A stretch of 64,000 nt of DNA from Chloroflexota bacterium. Lineage in GTDB: Bacteria > Chloroflexota > Dehalococcoidia > Bin125. The position numbers and the translations under genes are program-made. The stretch lies in the NCBI GenBank assembly GCA_026705025.1, contig JAPPBN010000046.1:4031-68030 (forward strand), written 5' to 3'. The notes under the pieces are model-generated. The model did not search any database, was not told where the DNA came from, and was given only the letters and a program-made list of their open reading frames with translations. This document shows, in pieces, positions 9,659-19,357 of the stretch (within the stretch, counting starts at the first letter, position 1; every line of letters starts with the position of its first letter).

Positions 9659-10834
9659 CTAGTCCGAGAGCGAGCGAGCAGGTTGGTTGATCGGGATGTA
9701 GCGAGGACGATAGATCGCCACGCCGCGGCCGCCGCGAGCGCGCGTGCGCTCGTCGACGATCTGCGCTCCGATGCCGGAGATCCGCGACCAGCCGAACAGG
9801 GTCGTGTAGTAGTCGGGATCGGAGAAGCCCAGGGCATTGACCAGGCTCCCCGAGATCAGGTCCACGTTCGGGTACGGATTCGACACCTTCGGGTTCTCCT
9901 TGAGCGCCCGGATACCGCCCTCGCGAACCGCCTTGACGACCTTGAACCAGTGGTCGTCCGGGCAAAGTTCTTCCCCGACGCCGAGTTGCACCTTGGCGCG
10001 CGGGTCCTCCTGGCGCAGCACCGCGTGACCGAAGCCGAAAATCAACCCGCCGTCAGCCAGCCGCTGCTTCAGGATCTGATAGACCTCGTCCGGGTCCTCG
10101 CTGTCCACCTCGCGCACCATCTTGAAGGCGTCCTGGTTGGCCATCCCGTGTCGCGGTCCGGCCAGCGCGTTCATGCCCGAGGCCATCGAGCGGTACATGT
10201 CGGCCAAACCCGAAGCAACCGCGCGGCCCGTAAAGGTCGACAGATTGCCGCCGCCGTGGTCGGCGTGCAGGTTGTAGTAAACCGAGAGCAGTCTCGTCAG
10301 GGCGTCCTCGTCGCCGCCGGGCATGCCCAGCATGTGGACGAAGTTGTTCACGTAGCCGCGCGCCGGCTCTGAGGGAATCAACTCGCCCCAGCCCTCTCGC
10401 TTGCGGAAGATCGCCGCCAGCGCGGTGGGAATCCGCGCGACGAGGTTGAGCGCGTCCTCGTAGTAGTCGTCGGTTTTGCCGGTCATGCCGAGAATCTGGA
10501 TGCCCGCGCAAAACAGGTCCATCGGATGGCCCGACATCGGCATCGCCGAAATTGCCGCCAGCGCATCCTCGGACACCTCGGAGCGTTCAGCGATGTCGTC
10601 GGCCACCGCCTGCCGCTCGGCGTCGGTCGGTAGCGACTTGTTGAACAGCAGATGGATGATGTCCTCGGCCGGCAGGAACGCCAGATCGGCGATCGGATAA
10701 CCGACGTATGAGACACCCTCCTGCGGATCGACATAACTGGTTTCGCAGGTGCCGACCGGGTAGCCCCTGAGGCCGGTATCGAGCTGGTCGTTGGTGATCG
10801 TGAACTCAATGGTCGGGATGTCGGACATCGGCAT
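9659..10834 (-). CDS. gltA: Citrate (Si)-synthase, eukaryote-like type
   Basis: HADHGGGNLS, LAGPRHGMANQ, GFGHAVLR..DPR, NPYPNVD and YYTTLFGWSR. Confidence 0.92.
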   Translation of the reverse strand: MPMSDIPTIEFTITNDQLDTGLRGYPVGTCETSYVDPQEGVSYVGYPIADLAFLPAEDIIHLLFNKSLPTDAERQAVADDIAERSEVSEDALAAISAMPMSGHPMDLFCAGIQILGMTGKTDDYYEDALNLVARIPTALAAIFRKREGWGELIPSEPARGYVNNFVHMLGMPGGDEDALTRLLSVYYNLHADHGGGNLSTFTGRAVASGLADMYRSMASGMNALAGPRHGMANQDAFKMVREVDSEDPDEVYQILKQRLADGGLIFGFGHAVLRQEDPRAKVQLGVGEELCPDDHWFKVVKAVREGGIRALKENPKVSNPYPNVDLISGSLVNALGFSDPDYYTTLFGWSRISGIGAQIVDERTRARGGRGVAIYRPRYIPINQPARSLSD

Positions 10835-10950
10835 CACTTTCCCCGCGCGCACGCTGCAGACGTGGATGTTGACCGCGACCCGGTGCGCACGGGGCGCGGA
10901 ACATCTCGCTCGTTGATTGTCTCGCTCAGGTTGCCGGTGATCCCGTCCGG

Positions 10951-11982
10951 CTAGCCCGTGACCGCGAGCAGACGGAACCGTTTGCGACCGCTCGGGGCCT
11001 GGATTTCAATCTGCCGATCGGCAGGTTGGTCAAGCAGTCCACGGCCCAGCGGACTCTCCACAGAGATTCGCCGCGCCGCCGCATTCGCTTCGGTGGTTCC
11101 TACCAGAGTGTACTCTCTGGCTTCGCCGAGATCGGCGCCGCTGTCGTCGACCTCGACGACTGAGACGCGGCTGCCCAGCTTGGCCCGGCCGGTGGCCCGC
11201 TCCTCGCGAACCACCGCGTGAGCAATCTGGTACTCAAGCTCGTCAATCCGCGACTTGAGCCGTTCCTGGTACTCGCGCGCCGCTTCCAGCGGAGCGTTCT
11301 CGCGGATGTCCTTGTCTTCCCGCGCCGCGGCGACCGCTTGCACGGCTTCCGGCATTTCCGCATTCAGCTGTCCCAGCTCCTCATTCAACGACTCCAGCCC
11401 GTCGGCCGTCATCTCGAACGTCTGCGCCTGCTCATGCTGGAAGCGCGAATCATCCCGAACCACCGAGGTCGGTCGCTTGATCCGCAGATAGTTGCCCAGG
11501 TTCTGCGCGCTGGAGTTGCCTTCGGCGTCAATCGTGACGGTGTACTCCTGCTTCCAGCAATAGCGCAGGAATTCCTTGACCGGCTGCAGCCGCGAGGCGA
11601 GGTCCATCGTGTTCGTGCCAACCGTCTCCTGAAATCCCTCCATGGACTTCGGTGAGAGGTCGGAAATCGGTGTGCTCGGTCCGAAGTGCCAGAGAAACCG
11701 TGTGACCGCTTCACGGGCCGGTTCATCCAGGACGAAGGTGCCTCGCCGTGCCCGGACATTGCTGGCCGTCTTGCGCCGCGAACGCTTGGCTTCGCGCTCT
11801 TCCTCCCAGGAGAAATACTCCATCACCGCCGTGTCCAGCGTCACCGGCTGCAGTGCAGCGACGCTATGACCCGCTTCCTCAGCCCTGGCGCCCTCGTCGA
11901 AAAAGTCCGAGTCACCCTCAACCACGTCGTCCATCGCTTCCTCAAGCGTGTCCGTCGTCTGTTCGTCGTCAAAGAATGCCAT
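10951..11982 (-). CDS. greA: Transcription elongation factor GreA with long N-terminal extension
   Basis: C-terminal MTADG...AREDKDIRENA...ISVESPLGRGLL GreA domain. Confidence 0.88.
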   Translation of the reverse strand: MAFFDDEQTTDTLEEAMDDVVEGDSDFFDEGARAEEAGHSVAALQPVTLDTAVMEYFSWEEEREAKRSRRKTASNVRARRGTFVLDEPAREAVTRFLWHFGPSTPISDLSPKSMEGFQETVGTNTMDLASRLQPVKEFLRYCWKQEYTVTIDAEGNSSAQNLGNYLRIKRPTSVVRDDSRFQHEQAQTFEMTADGLESLNEELGQLNAEMPEAVQAVAAAREDKDIRENAPLEAAREYQERLKSRIDELEYQIAHAVVREERATGRAKLGSRVSVVEVDDSGADLGEAREYTLVGTTEANAAARRISVESPLGRGLLDQPADRQIEIQAPSGRKRFRLLAVTG

Positions 11983-12110
11983 CGGTCGTCTCCAACCATC
12001 GAGCAGCGTTTGAGAGGTTCCTGGTCGCACGCACAGCAACGAATTCGATTGGCACGCGGCACAACCAGAGCGTCACCCGGCTCCGACACCCCTATCCTAC
12101 TCCCTTGTCG

Positions 12111-12842
12111 ATGCCATACCTGATAGACGAGCAGCAGATTCGCGCAGCGCTTCGTCTCTCCGGGTTGAGTTATGTGGAGGACCTGAACCCGGATCTGCCC
12201 CGCCAGGCCGCTCTCTGGCTAACCATGATGCTGGCCGCGCCACGCAATCTGACCGCGATCCGGGACCCGGAGACCGCGATCAACAAGCATCTGATCGAAC
12301 CCCTGACCGGTCGACATCGCCTGATCGCCGCCGATCTGGCGATCCCCCACGGGCCGTTGATCGACATCGGCAGCGGCAACGGCGCTCCTGGACTAACGCT
12401 GGCCCTCTGCGAGCCCGACCGCAACGCAACGTTGCTCGATTCACGCCAGGCCGCTGCCCGGTTCCTTATCCAGGTCATTGAGCAGATCGATGCGCCGCAA
12501 ATCACGGTCCGGCATCAACGGGCGGAGCAGGCCGCCCACTCCGGACTACGAGAGCAGTTTGCTGTCGCCGTAACGCGGGCAGCCGCGCCGCCAACCGTCG
12601 CCCTGGAGCTCACCGTGCCCTTCCTCCAGATCGGCGGTATCGCCGCCGCCTGGACCGGAGAACTTTCGGTCGACGAGAAGGAGGCGGTATCGCGCGCGCT
12701 CAGGGAGCTCGGCGCAGAGCCGACGCCGATCGACCCGCCGGCTGACATCATCGTCGCCACCAGGACTCACCAGACCGAGGCCAGATTTCCTCGCTCCTGG
12801 AACCGGATTCGGCGTCAACCGCTGGGCCTGCGTCGCCCATAA
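12111..12842 (+). CDS. rsmG: 16S rRNA m7G527 methyltransferase RsmG
   Basis: NLTAIRDP...KH, DIGSGNGAPGL, RAE...LREQF.VAVTRA. Confidence 0.9.
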   Translation: MPYLIDEQQIRAALRLSGLSYVEDLNPDLPRQAALWLTMMLAAPRNLTAIRDPETAINKHLIEPLTGRHRLIAADLAIPHGPLIDIGSGNGAPGLTLALCEPDRNATLLDSRQAAARFLIQVIEQIDAPQITVRHQRAEQAAHSGLREQFAVAVTRAAAPPTVALELTVPFLQIGGIAAAWTGELSVDEKEAVSRALRELGAEPTPIDPPADIIVATRTHQTEARFPRSWNRIRRQPLGLRRP

Positions 12843-12882
12843 CGCAGACAACGGCAACCTCGTCCCCATACCTTGGTCAGGT

Positions 12883-14328
12883 ATGTCCGCTGCTGCTCCC
12901 ACGCCGGCCACCTTCGCCCCCGGACGCTACCGGCGCAACATCCGCGTGTACTACCTGTTCATGGCCTCGACCGGCTTCATGATCTTCCTGCCGGTCTGGA
13001 TCATCTACCTCATCGACGGGCGCGGCCTCTCGCTGACCGAGGTCGGCGTGATCGAATCGTTCTTCTGGCTCACCGTCATCATCGCCGAGGTGCCGACCGG
13101 AGCCATCGCCGACCGCTTCGGCCGCCGAATCTCCCTCGCGCTCGGCGCGATCATGTTTGCCCTCTCCACGGTGATCTTCGCCATCGCCGACGGATTCCCC
13201 CTCTTGCTCGGCTCCTACCTGGTCATGGGCATCGGCATGACGCTCTATTCGGGCGCCGGCGACGCGTTGCTCTTCGACACCCTCCGCGTCCTCGGTCGGA
13301 CGCGCGATTACGAGCATCACGCCGGCCGATCGCACGGCCTCTTCTTCGCCGCCATGGTGCTCGCCACCGCCGTCGGCGGACCGGCCGCCTACCTCCTGGG
13401 CTACACCGTGACGATCCTGATCTCGTCCGCCGTCTTCCTCGGATCCGCTGTCGCCGCCATGCTCCTGCGCGAGCCGCCCCGCCGCGAGTCCGATTTCCCG
13501 GTCGATCCCCTCAACGCTGCGCCGGCCAGTGTCCGCCATACCGCCTCCGACATCGCCCAGCATGAGGCGAGCGGCGTACCGATTTTCCAGGAAATGACCA
13601 AGGGGTTCGGAATCGTCTGGCGCAATCGCCCCATTCGCTACCTGATCCCGTTTGCCGCAATCACCATGACCCTGTTCGGTCTGCCGCACTTCATGGCCCA
13701 GCCTTACGTCGCCCAGCACGGCCTCAACCCGTTGGCGGGCGCTGTCGACGGATTTGTCTGGTCCGCCCTGCTGATTCCCGGACAGATCGGAACGGTGCTG
13801 GGCATGCTCGTCGCCGCCCGTCTGATCGGCAGACTCGGCGAACGCCGCTCGTTCCCGGCCATCCTCGTCTACGGCGCGGTCTTCCTGATCCCCCTCGCGA
13901 TCTGGAACCACCTCGGGCTCCTGGGCGCCATCTTCATGGTCAGCATCGCCCAGGCCGCGATCAGGCCAATCACCAACGGGTACATCAACCGGCGGATCAG
14001 CTCCGACCAGCGCGCCACCGTGCTCTCCATTTTCTCGCTGGCCCATGGCATTGCCATGAGTGTCGCCGTAGTGGTCATCTTGCCGGCCGCCGATCTCATC
14101 TCGTTCCCGGTCGCATTCGGCATCTGCCTACTGGCGATAGTGACCCTGGGCGCCGGTCTCTGGCTGCTCTGGCATTTGGCCCACCGGCGCGACCAGACCG
14201 AACGCATCCGCCGATGGTCCATTTCCGTGGCCAAACCGCAAGCGCCGCAGCGACCTCCCTCGGCAAGTCAGAACGGAAACAATGGCGAGGGCTCGGCTCT
14301 GTACCGCAATGTGCAGAACCTCGACTGA
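12883..14328 (+). CDS. MFS transporter (paralog 1 of 3)
   Basis: About 12 TM segments; EVPTGAIADRFGRR motif A. Confidence 0.93.
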   Translation: MSAAAPTPATFAPGRYRRNIRVYYLFMASTGFMIFLPVWIIYLIDGRGLSLTEVGVIESFFWLTVIIAEVPTGAIADRFGRRISLALGAIMFALSTVIFAIADGFPLLLGSYLVMGIGMTLYSGAGDALLFDTLRVLGRTRDYEHHAGRSHGLFFAAMVLATAVGGPAAYLLGYTVTILISSAVFLGSAVAAMLLREPPRRESDFPVDPLNAAPASVRHTASDIAQHEASGVPIFQEMTKGFGIVWRNRPIRYLIPFAAITMTLFGLPHFMAQPYVAQHGLNPLAGAVDGFVWSALLIPGQIGTVLGMLVAARLIGRLGERRSFPAILVYGAVFLIPLAIWNHLGLLGAIFMVSIAQAAIRPITNGYINRRISSDQRATVLSIFSLAHGIAMSVAVVVILPAADLISFPVAFGICLLAIVTLGAGLWLLWHLAHRRDQTERIRRWSISVAKPQAPQRPPSASQNGNNGEGSALYRNVQNLD

Positions 14329-14429
14329 ATAGCGGGCGCGCCTGCCCCTCGTTTTCGTAGGATTGACTGCGTTGTCGGTCTCGCCGCCCGCCCGATCCCC
14401 GTCAGACGCCCCGTCAGACACCAGGTCTC

Positions 14430-15908
14430 ATGTCTCGCCCTGAACGCTACGCGCGCAACATACCGATCTACTACCTGTTCCAGTTCGCCACTGGATTCCT
14501 GATCTGGGTGCCCGTCTGGATCATCTTCCTGCAGGACGAGCGCGGCCTCTCCTTGACCCAGGTTGGACTGATGGAAGCCGTTTTCTGGGCCTGCATGATG
14601 CTCTTCGAGGTGCCCACCGGCGCAATCGCCGACCGGTTCGGGCGGCGCACCTCGCTGGCCCTGGGTGGGTTCCTCTTCACCGGCGGCACGATCTTCTTCG
14701 TCCTCTCCGACGGCTTCGCCGGCCTCGCCATCAGCTACGTGATCATGGCGATCTCGATGACGCTCTATTCAGGCTCGGGTCACGCCCTGCTCTACGACAG
14801 TTTGCGCGTCCTCGGCCGTACCCGAGAGTACGAAAAGCACATGGGTCGCTCCGAGGCGCTGATGACCGGCGCTCTGCTCGGCGCGGCGCTGTTCGGCGGG
14901 CCCATGGCCGGTCTCTGGGGGCTCGAGACCGTCTTCCTCATCGGAGCCGGCACCATGGCCGCCGCCGGATTCGTGGCGCTCATGCTGCGCGAACCGCCGC
15001 GGACCGAAGCCGAGTTCGGTCCCGATGGCCTCCATGCGGCGCCGATCTCCGCCGCCGACGCGGCTTCCGACATGCACGGGTCCTCCGGCTTTGTTGGCTA
15101 CGTGTTCGAAGGCTTCCGCATCGTCCTGCGCCAGCGGCCGATCCTCTGGATCATCCTGCTCGCCGGGATCGTCACGGTCGCCTACGAAATGCCCAGCTTC
15201 TTCGTGCAGCCGTTCCTCCGCAGCCACGGGCTCAGCCCATCCGGCGGGCTGCTCGACGGCGCGATCTGGAGCGGTCTCATCGTGCCCGCGTTCGCCGCCA
15301 TGTCCGCCGGCTCATTGCTCGCCGCTCCGTTTGTCGCCCGCGTCGGCGAGCGTCGCGCCATCCCCCTGCTGATGTTCGGCGGAGCCTTCCTCTTCATCCC
15401 CCTGCTCATCTTCAACCACATCAGCATCGTCGCTCCGATCGCCATTCTCGGTGGCATCCACGCCGCGATCCGGCCCATCGCCACCGGCTACATCAACCGC
15501 CGAATCCGCTCCGATCAACGCGCCACCGTGCTCTCGATCTTCGAGTTGATGATGGCGGCCCAGATGGCCGTGATCGTGCCGTTGATCTCCGCCTCGGCCG
15601 ATGTCATCGACTTCCGCTTCGCCTACGCACTGTCGATCGGGGTCGTCCTGACGGTCGGCGTCGTGTTCCTCCTGTACTGGCGTCGTTCACACCGCCGCGA
15701 GCAGACGGACGCGCTCCGCCGAATCAGCTTGCGCCCAGCACCCCAGGCTGTGCCCCACGCGATCGCGCTGACGCCCGACGGCACGACGATCGGCGTCCAT
15801 CCGACCGGGATTCCCGTCCCTGGCAACGGCGTCGGCAGCGGCCCTGACTACAGGAATGGGACAGACGCCACCCCGGAGAGGGTTCCGACCCGCCAAGATC
15901 GATCGTGA
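14430..15908 (+). CDS. MFS transporter (paralog 2 of 3)
   Basis: About 12 TM segments; EVPTGAIADRFGRR; GYINRRIRSDQRATVLS. Confidence 0.93.
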   Translation: MSRPERYARNIPIYYLFQFATGFLIWVPVWIIFLQDERGLSLTQVGLMEAVFWACMMLFEVPTGAIADRFGRRTSLALGGFLFTGGTIFFVLSDGFAGLAISYVIMAISMTLYSGSGHALLYDSLRVLGRTREYEKHMGRSEALMTGALLGAALFGGPMAGLWGLETVFLIGAGTMAAAGFVALMLREPPRTEAEFGPDGLHAAPISAADAASDMHGSSGFVGYVFEGFRIVLRQRPILWIILLAGIVTVAYEMPSFFVQPFLRSHGLSPSGGLLDGAIWSGLIVPAFAAMSAGSLLAAPFVARVGERRAIPLLMFGGAFLFIPLLIFNHISIVAPIAILGGIHAAIRPIATGYINRRIRSDQRATVLSIFELMMAAQMAVIVPLISASADVIDFRFAYALSIGVVLTVGVVFLLYWRRSHRREQTDALRRISLRPAPQAVPHAIALTPDGTTIGVHPTGIPVPGNGVGSGPDYRNGTDATPERVPTRQDRS

Positions 15909-17194
15909 GCGATCCCGCGCCGGCCGATTCTGCGCCGGGCAGCGCCTTCGCGCGCAACATCCCTCTCTACTACCTCTTCCAGTTCGTGCGCGGCTTCCAT
16001 TTCTGGCTGCCCATCTGGTTTCTCTTCCTCCAGTCCCAGCATGGACTCTCATACGTGCAGATCGGCCTGATGGAGGTGCTCTTCGGGATCGCGACGATCC
16101 TCGCCGAGGTACCGACCGGAGCGATCGCCGATCGCTTCGGACGCCGTGTGGCGCTGGGCTTCGGGGCGCTCGGATTTGCCGGCGCGACCGTCCTCTTCGC
16201 CCTGCTCAACTTCCCCGCCCTGATCGTCGGCCACCTGTTCATGTCGATCACGCGCACATTAATGTCCGGCTCGGACGATGCGCTGCTCTTCGACAGCCTC
16301 AGACAGCTCAAGAAGACCGATGAGTATGAGCGTCATGCCGGACGCGCCAGCGCCGTCGCTACCGCTTCGCTCCTGGCCGCCACCATTCTCGCCGGACCGC
16401 TGGTCTCGGTGCTCGACTTCCGCACGGTCATCATCATCAGCGCCGTCGGTATGGGGCTGGCCGGCCTGATCGCGCTTTCCCTGCGCGAGCCGCCTCGCCG
16501 GGAAGCTGATCTCAGCGGAGGCGCGGAGCAGCACCCGACGCCCCCCTCGGGCGCTGCGGTCCTCACCGAGATTCGCCTCGGAATGCGGATCGCGCTGCGC
16601 ACGCCGCAGGTGCTCTGGGCCATCCTCTTTGGCGGCATCCTCCTCGCCACGCTCGACCTGCCGGAGTTCTTCATTCAGCCCTTCGTGCGCTCGCACGGCG
16701 TCGATCCCTCCCTCGACCTCACACAGGGCCTGACCTATTCCAGCCTCATGCTGCCCTCCTTCGTCGGTCTCATGGCGGGTGCGATCCTGGCCGAACCCCT
16801 GGCCAAGCGACTCGGCGAGCGTTGGTCCCTGCCCGCCGTGTTCATCGCCGGTCTGCTGGTCTTCATCCCGCTGCTGCTCGTCGATCATCTGGGCCTGGTC
16901 GCCTCGTTGGCGCTCCTGGCCACCGCAACCGCCGCCGTGCACCCGCTCGCCGGCGGCTACATCAACCGCCGCATCCCCTCCGACCAACGCGCCACCGTGC
17001 TCTCCATCTTCTCGCTCTGCACTGCCGTGATGATCACCATCGTCATCGGATCAGCCTCCGCCCTCGTCGACGCCTTCGACTTCCAGGCCGGCTTCACCCT
17101 CGCCTTCGCCCTCCTCGCCATCGGAGGACTCATCCTCTACCTCACCTGGCGCCGTGCCCACCTCCGCCAGTCCCCTCTCCAGACCTCCGCGTAG
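15905..17194 (+). CDS. MFS transporter (paralog 3 of 3)
   Basis: About 12 TM segments; EVPTGAIADRFGRR; GTG start overlaps the upstream stop codon. Confidence 0.93.
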   Translation: MSDPAPADSAPGSAFARNIPLYYLFQFVRGFHFWLPIWFLFLQSQHGLSYVQIGLMEVLFGIATILAEVPTGAIADRFGRRVALGFGALGFAGATVLFALLNFPALIVGHLFMSITRTLMSGSDDALLFDSLRQLKKTDEYERHAGRASAVATASLLAATILAGPLVSVLDFRTVIIISAVGMGLAGLIALSLREPPRREADLSGGAEQHPTPPSGAAVLTEIRLGMRIALRTPQVLWAILFGGILLATLDLPEFFIQPFVRSHGVDPSLDLTQGLTYSSLMLPSFVGLMAGAILAEPLAKRLGERWSLPAVFIAGLLVFIPLLLVDHLGLVASLALLATATAAVHPLAGGYINRRIPSDQRATVLSIFSLCTAVMITIVIGSASALVDAFDFQAGFTLAFALLAIGGLILYLTWRRAHLRQSPLQTSA

Positions 17195-17205
17195 TCCCCT
17201 CCGGT

Positions 17206-17240
17206 CCCCTCTCCCCGAGGGAGAGGGATAGGGTGAGGGC
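17206..17240 (-). repeat. REP-like palindromic repeat (CCCTCACCC.a.CCCTCTCCC...GAGAGGG family)
   Basis: Hairpin ccctctccc-cga-gggagaggg with GGGTGAGGG tail; related copies at 19358, 40151 and 41022. Confidence 0.8.
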
Positions 17241-17370
17241 CTCGACCGCTTCGAGAAGAGGCATCGAGCGGATAGCTGCGTTCAATGGAACGTCGCCCCT
17301 GTGCACTCCTGATGGGAGATGGAGCGTTTCCGAGGGGAGATCACGCGCAGTTCGCCGACAGGAGAGTGTC

Positions 17371-18063
17371 ATGAAGATCGTCAGCTGGAACATGGAGAAC
17401 AGACGTGACAGCTGGAACTATCTGATCGAACATCACGCCGACGACGATCTCGGCGTCCTCCAGGAGGCCTGCACGCCCACTAAAGTTGCGGTTGCCGCCT
17501 GTATGGACATCGATCTCTCACCTTGGCAACGCAAACCCGTCAAGCGCCAGCGAGCAATCGTTGGACTGTCGGATCGGGTGAGGATCACGCGTGACAGACT
17601 CATAGATGCGGGACCATCAGAGCCAACGCGGATGAAAGCGTGGCTAGGGCATCTTGCAGTGGCGCTCGTCGATTTCACTAGCCGTTCTCCGATCTGCGTC
17701 ATTTCCGTCGAGAAGTACCTCGAACCGGCGCGACACTTGCCTGAGCTAGTCGGTTGCGTCCAACGTGTAGTGGGAAGAGATACGCCCGTTCTTGTCGCCG
17801 GTGACCTGACCACTCCGCGCCAGACGACCAAGTCCAGCGTCTTCGAGGACATGCGCGCTCTCGGCTTTCCACTGGTCGAAACCAATGGTCCAACGTTCTT
17901 TAGTCGACCCCACCGACAATCTCCGAGCAGCGCCGTCCGACGTTACGACTACGTCTTCGCCTCGCGGGACCTCGCCTCATCGGTGAAAGCGACAGCACTC
18001 AACGATCCGCATGATTGGGGTCCTTCCGACCATTGCCGCATCCTCATAGAGATTGATGAGTAG
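17371..18063 (+). CDS. Endonuclease/exonuclease/phosphatase (EEP) family protein
   Basis: MKIVSWN, VLQEA, VAGDL, YDYVF and GPSDH motifs; GGAG RBS; codon usage looks atypical. Confidence 0.88.
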   Translation: MKIVSWNMENRRDSWNYLIEHHADDDLGVLQEACTPTKVAVAACMDIDLSPWQRKPVKRQRAIVGLSDRVRITRDRLIDAGPSEPTRMKAWLGHLAVALVDFTSRSPICVISVEKYLEPARHLPELVGCVQRVVGRDTPVLVAGDLTTPRQTTKSSVFEDMRALGFPLVETNGPTFFSRPHRQSPSSAVRRYDYVFASRDLASSVKATALNDPHDWGPSDHCRILIEIDE

Positions 18064-18104
18064 GTGACCGCCTGCGTCCTGGAAGACAGCCCCGATTCTC
18101 GCTC

Positions 18105-18133
18105 CTGAAACAGATTGCATGTTCTGATACGAT
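18105..18133 (+). promoter_or_regulatory. Sigma70-like promoter CTGAAA-N17-(TGn)TACGAT with a degenerate LexA-like site in the spacer
   Basis: Exact 17-nt spacing, extended -10, GATTgcatGTTC at 18113-18124. Confidence 0.4.
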
Positions 18134-18240
18134 CGGCCGCCTCAACCGACGAGACTAAGTGCGATGGAGCCTGACATGATCCCTGCACGCAACTCAGACA
18201 TCTCCGGACAACCACGTACTCACCCTGCAAATCCCCGGAA

Positions 18241-18308
18241 CCATCCGGACTCATCCAGACAAATCTGGACAAATCTGGACAAACCCGGACGGAATTCCGC
18301 CGAATTCC
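18241..18308 (+). repeat. Five tandem degenerate 10-mers ending in GAC, followed by a GGAATTC/GAATTCC inverted repeat
   Basis: ccatccggac tcatccagac aaatctggac aaatctggac aaacccggac. Confidence 0.8.
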
Positions 18309-18408
18309 CTGCAAAACTATGCATTTCTAACCCATACCGCCCAAATTCCGCCCCCAAGCCCGCGCGTATACTCGATTTCGATTTCCAGTCACCTCAAAGG
18401 ACAACCCC

Positions 18409-19332
18409 ATGAGCTACGACAACATCCTCTACGACACCGACGGCCGCGTTGCCACCGTGACCCTCAACCGGCCCGAAAAGCTGAACGCGCTCTCCAACGA
18501 GCTGCGCGGTGAAATGTTCCATGCCCTCAAAGCGGCCGAGGCCGACGCGGGCATCGCCGTGGTCATCATCAAGGGCGCGGGCCGCGCCTTCTCGGCCGGC
18601 TACGACCTCCAGCCATCGCCCGACCCGAACCATCCACACACCAACGACTGGACCGGCCTGCCCGACACCGGTACCACTCACCCCCAGCATTACGACTGGT
18701 CACGACATGCCGTGATGGGCAACTTCATCATCTGGGAGCTGGCCAAGCCGGTGATCGGTCAGATCCACGGTTACTGCCTCGCCGGCGCGACCGAGCTCGC
18801 CTCGGCCTGCGATCTGCGGATCATCGCCGAGGATTGCCAGGTTGGCTACCCGCCGGTCCGCGCCATGGGCACGATGGACGCCATGTGGGCGCCCTGGCAT
18901 CTGCCTCAGGCCAAGGCGCGCGAGTTCGCCTACCTCGGCGACCCGCACTCTGGCGCCGACATGTACCGCTGGGGCTGGGCCAACTACGCCCTCCCGGCCG
19001 ACGACCTGGACGAGTTCACGATGGAGTTCGCCCAGCGCATGGGCCACATCGACAACCACCTGCTGATGTACTCCAAGCGATCGGTCAACCGCGCCTACGA
19101 AATCCAGGGCTACAAGACCGCGATGATCTCCGGCACCGATGTCGAGGCGATGTCCAAGCATCGTCCCGAGGCCGGTGAATGGGGAGAGCGCGTTCAGCGC
19201 GACGGCCTCAAGTCGGCCCTCGAATGGCGCGACGGTCCATTCCGCGACTTCCGCGGCGCCCGCTCCAACGCCCCGCACGACCGCGAATTGATGCGCGGCG
19301 CTTCGGCCCCGTCGAAGCCCAGTTGGGACTAG
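18409..19332 (+). CDS. Enoyl-CoA hydratase/isomerase family protein
   Basis: VTLNRPEKLNAL, GAGRAFSAGYDL, KPVIGQIHGYCLAG. Confidence 0.95.
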   Translation: MSYDNILYDTDGRVATVTLNRPEKLNALSNELRGEMFHALKAAEADAGIAVVIIKGAGRAFSAGYDLQPSPDPNHPHTNDWTGLPDTGTTHPQHYDWSRHAVMGNFIIWELAKPVIGQIHGYCLAGATELASACDLRIIAEDCQVGYPPVRAMGTMDAMWAPWHLPQAKAREFAYLGDPHSGADMYRWGWANYALPADDLDEFTMEFAQRMGHIDNHLLMYSKRSVNRAYEIQGYKTAMISGTDVEAMSKHRPEAGEWGERVQRDGLKSALEWRDGPFRDFRGARSNAPHDRELMRGASAPSKPSWD

Positions 19333-19357
19333 CCACCGAGCACGCGAACGGCGGAGA

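Noticed and set aside
11748-12110. N-terminal extension of rsmG
   Set aside because: Antisense overlap with greA; RsmG similarity begins near 12111
14397-14420. Tandem ccccgtcagac duplication before MFS paralog 2
   Set aside because: Only two copies; could be simple slippage, and there is no supporting context
16822-17370. Long N-terminal extension of the EEP ORF (413 aa in the track)
   Set aside because: It overlaps MFS paralog 3 out of frame and the REP; the real start is ATG 17371 with an RBS
18241-18290. Possible CRISPR array
   Set aside because: The units are contiguous degenerate 10-mers with no spacers, and no cas genes are present
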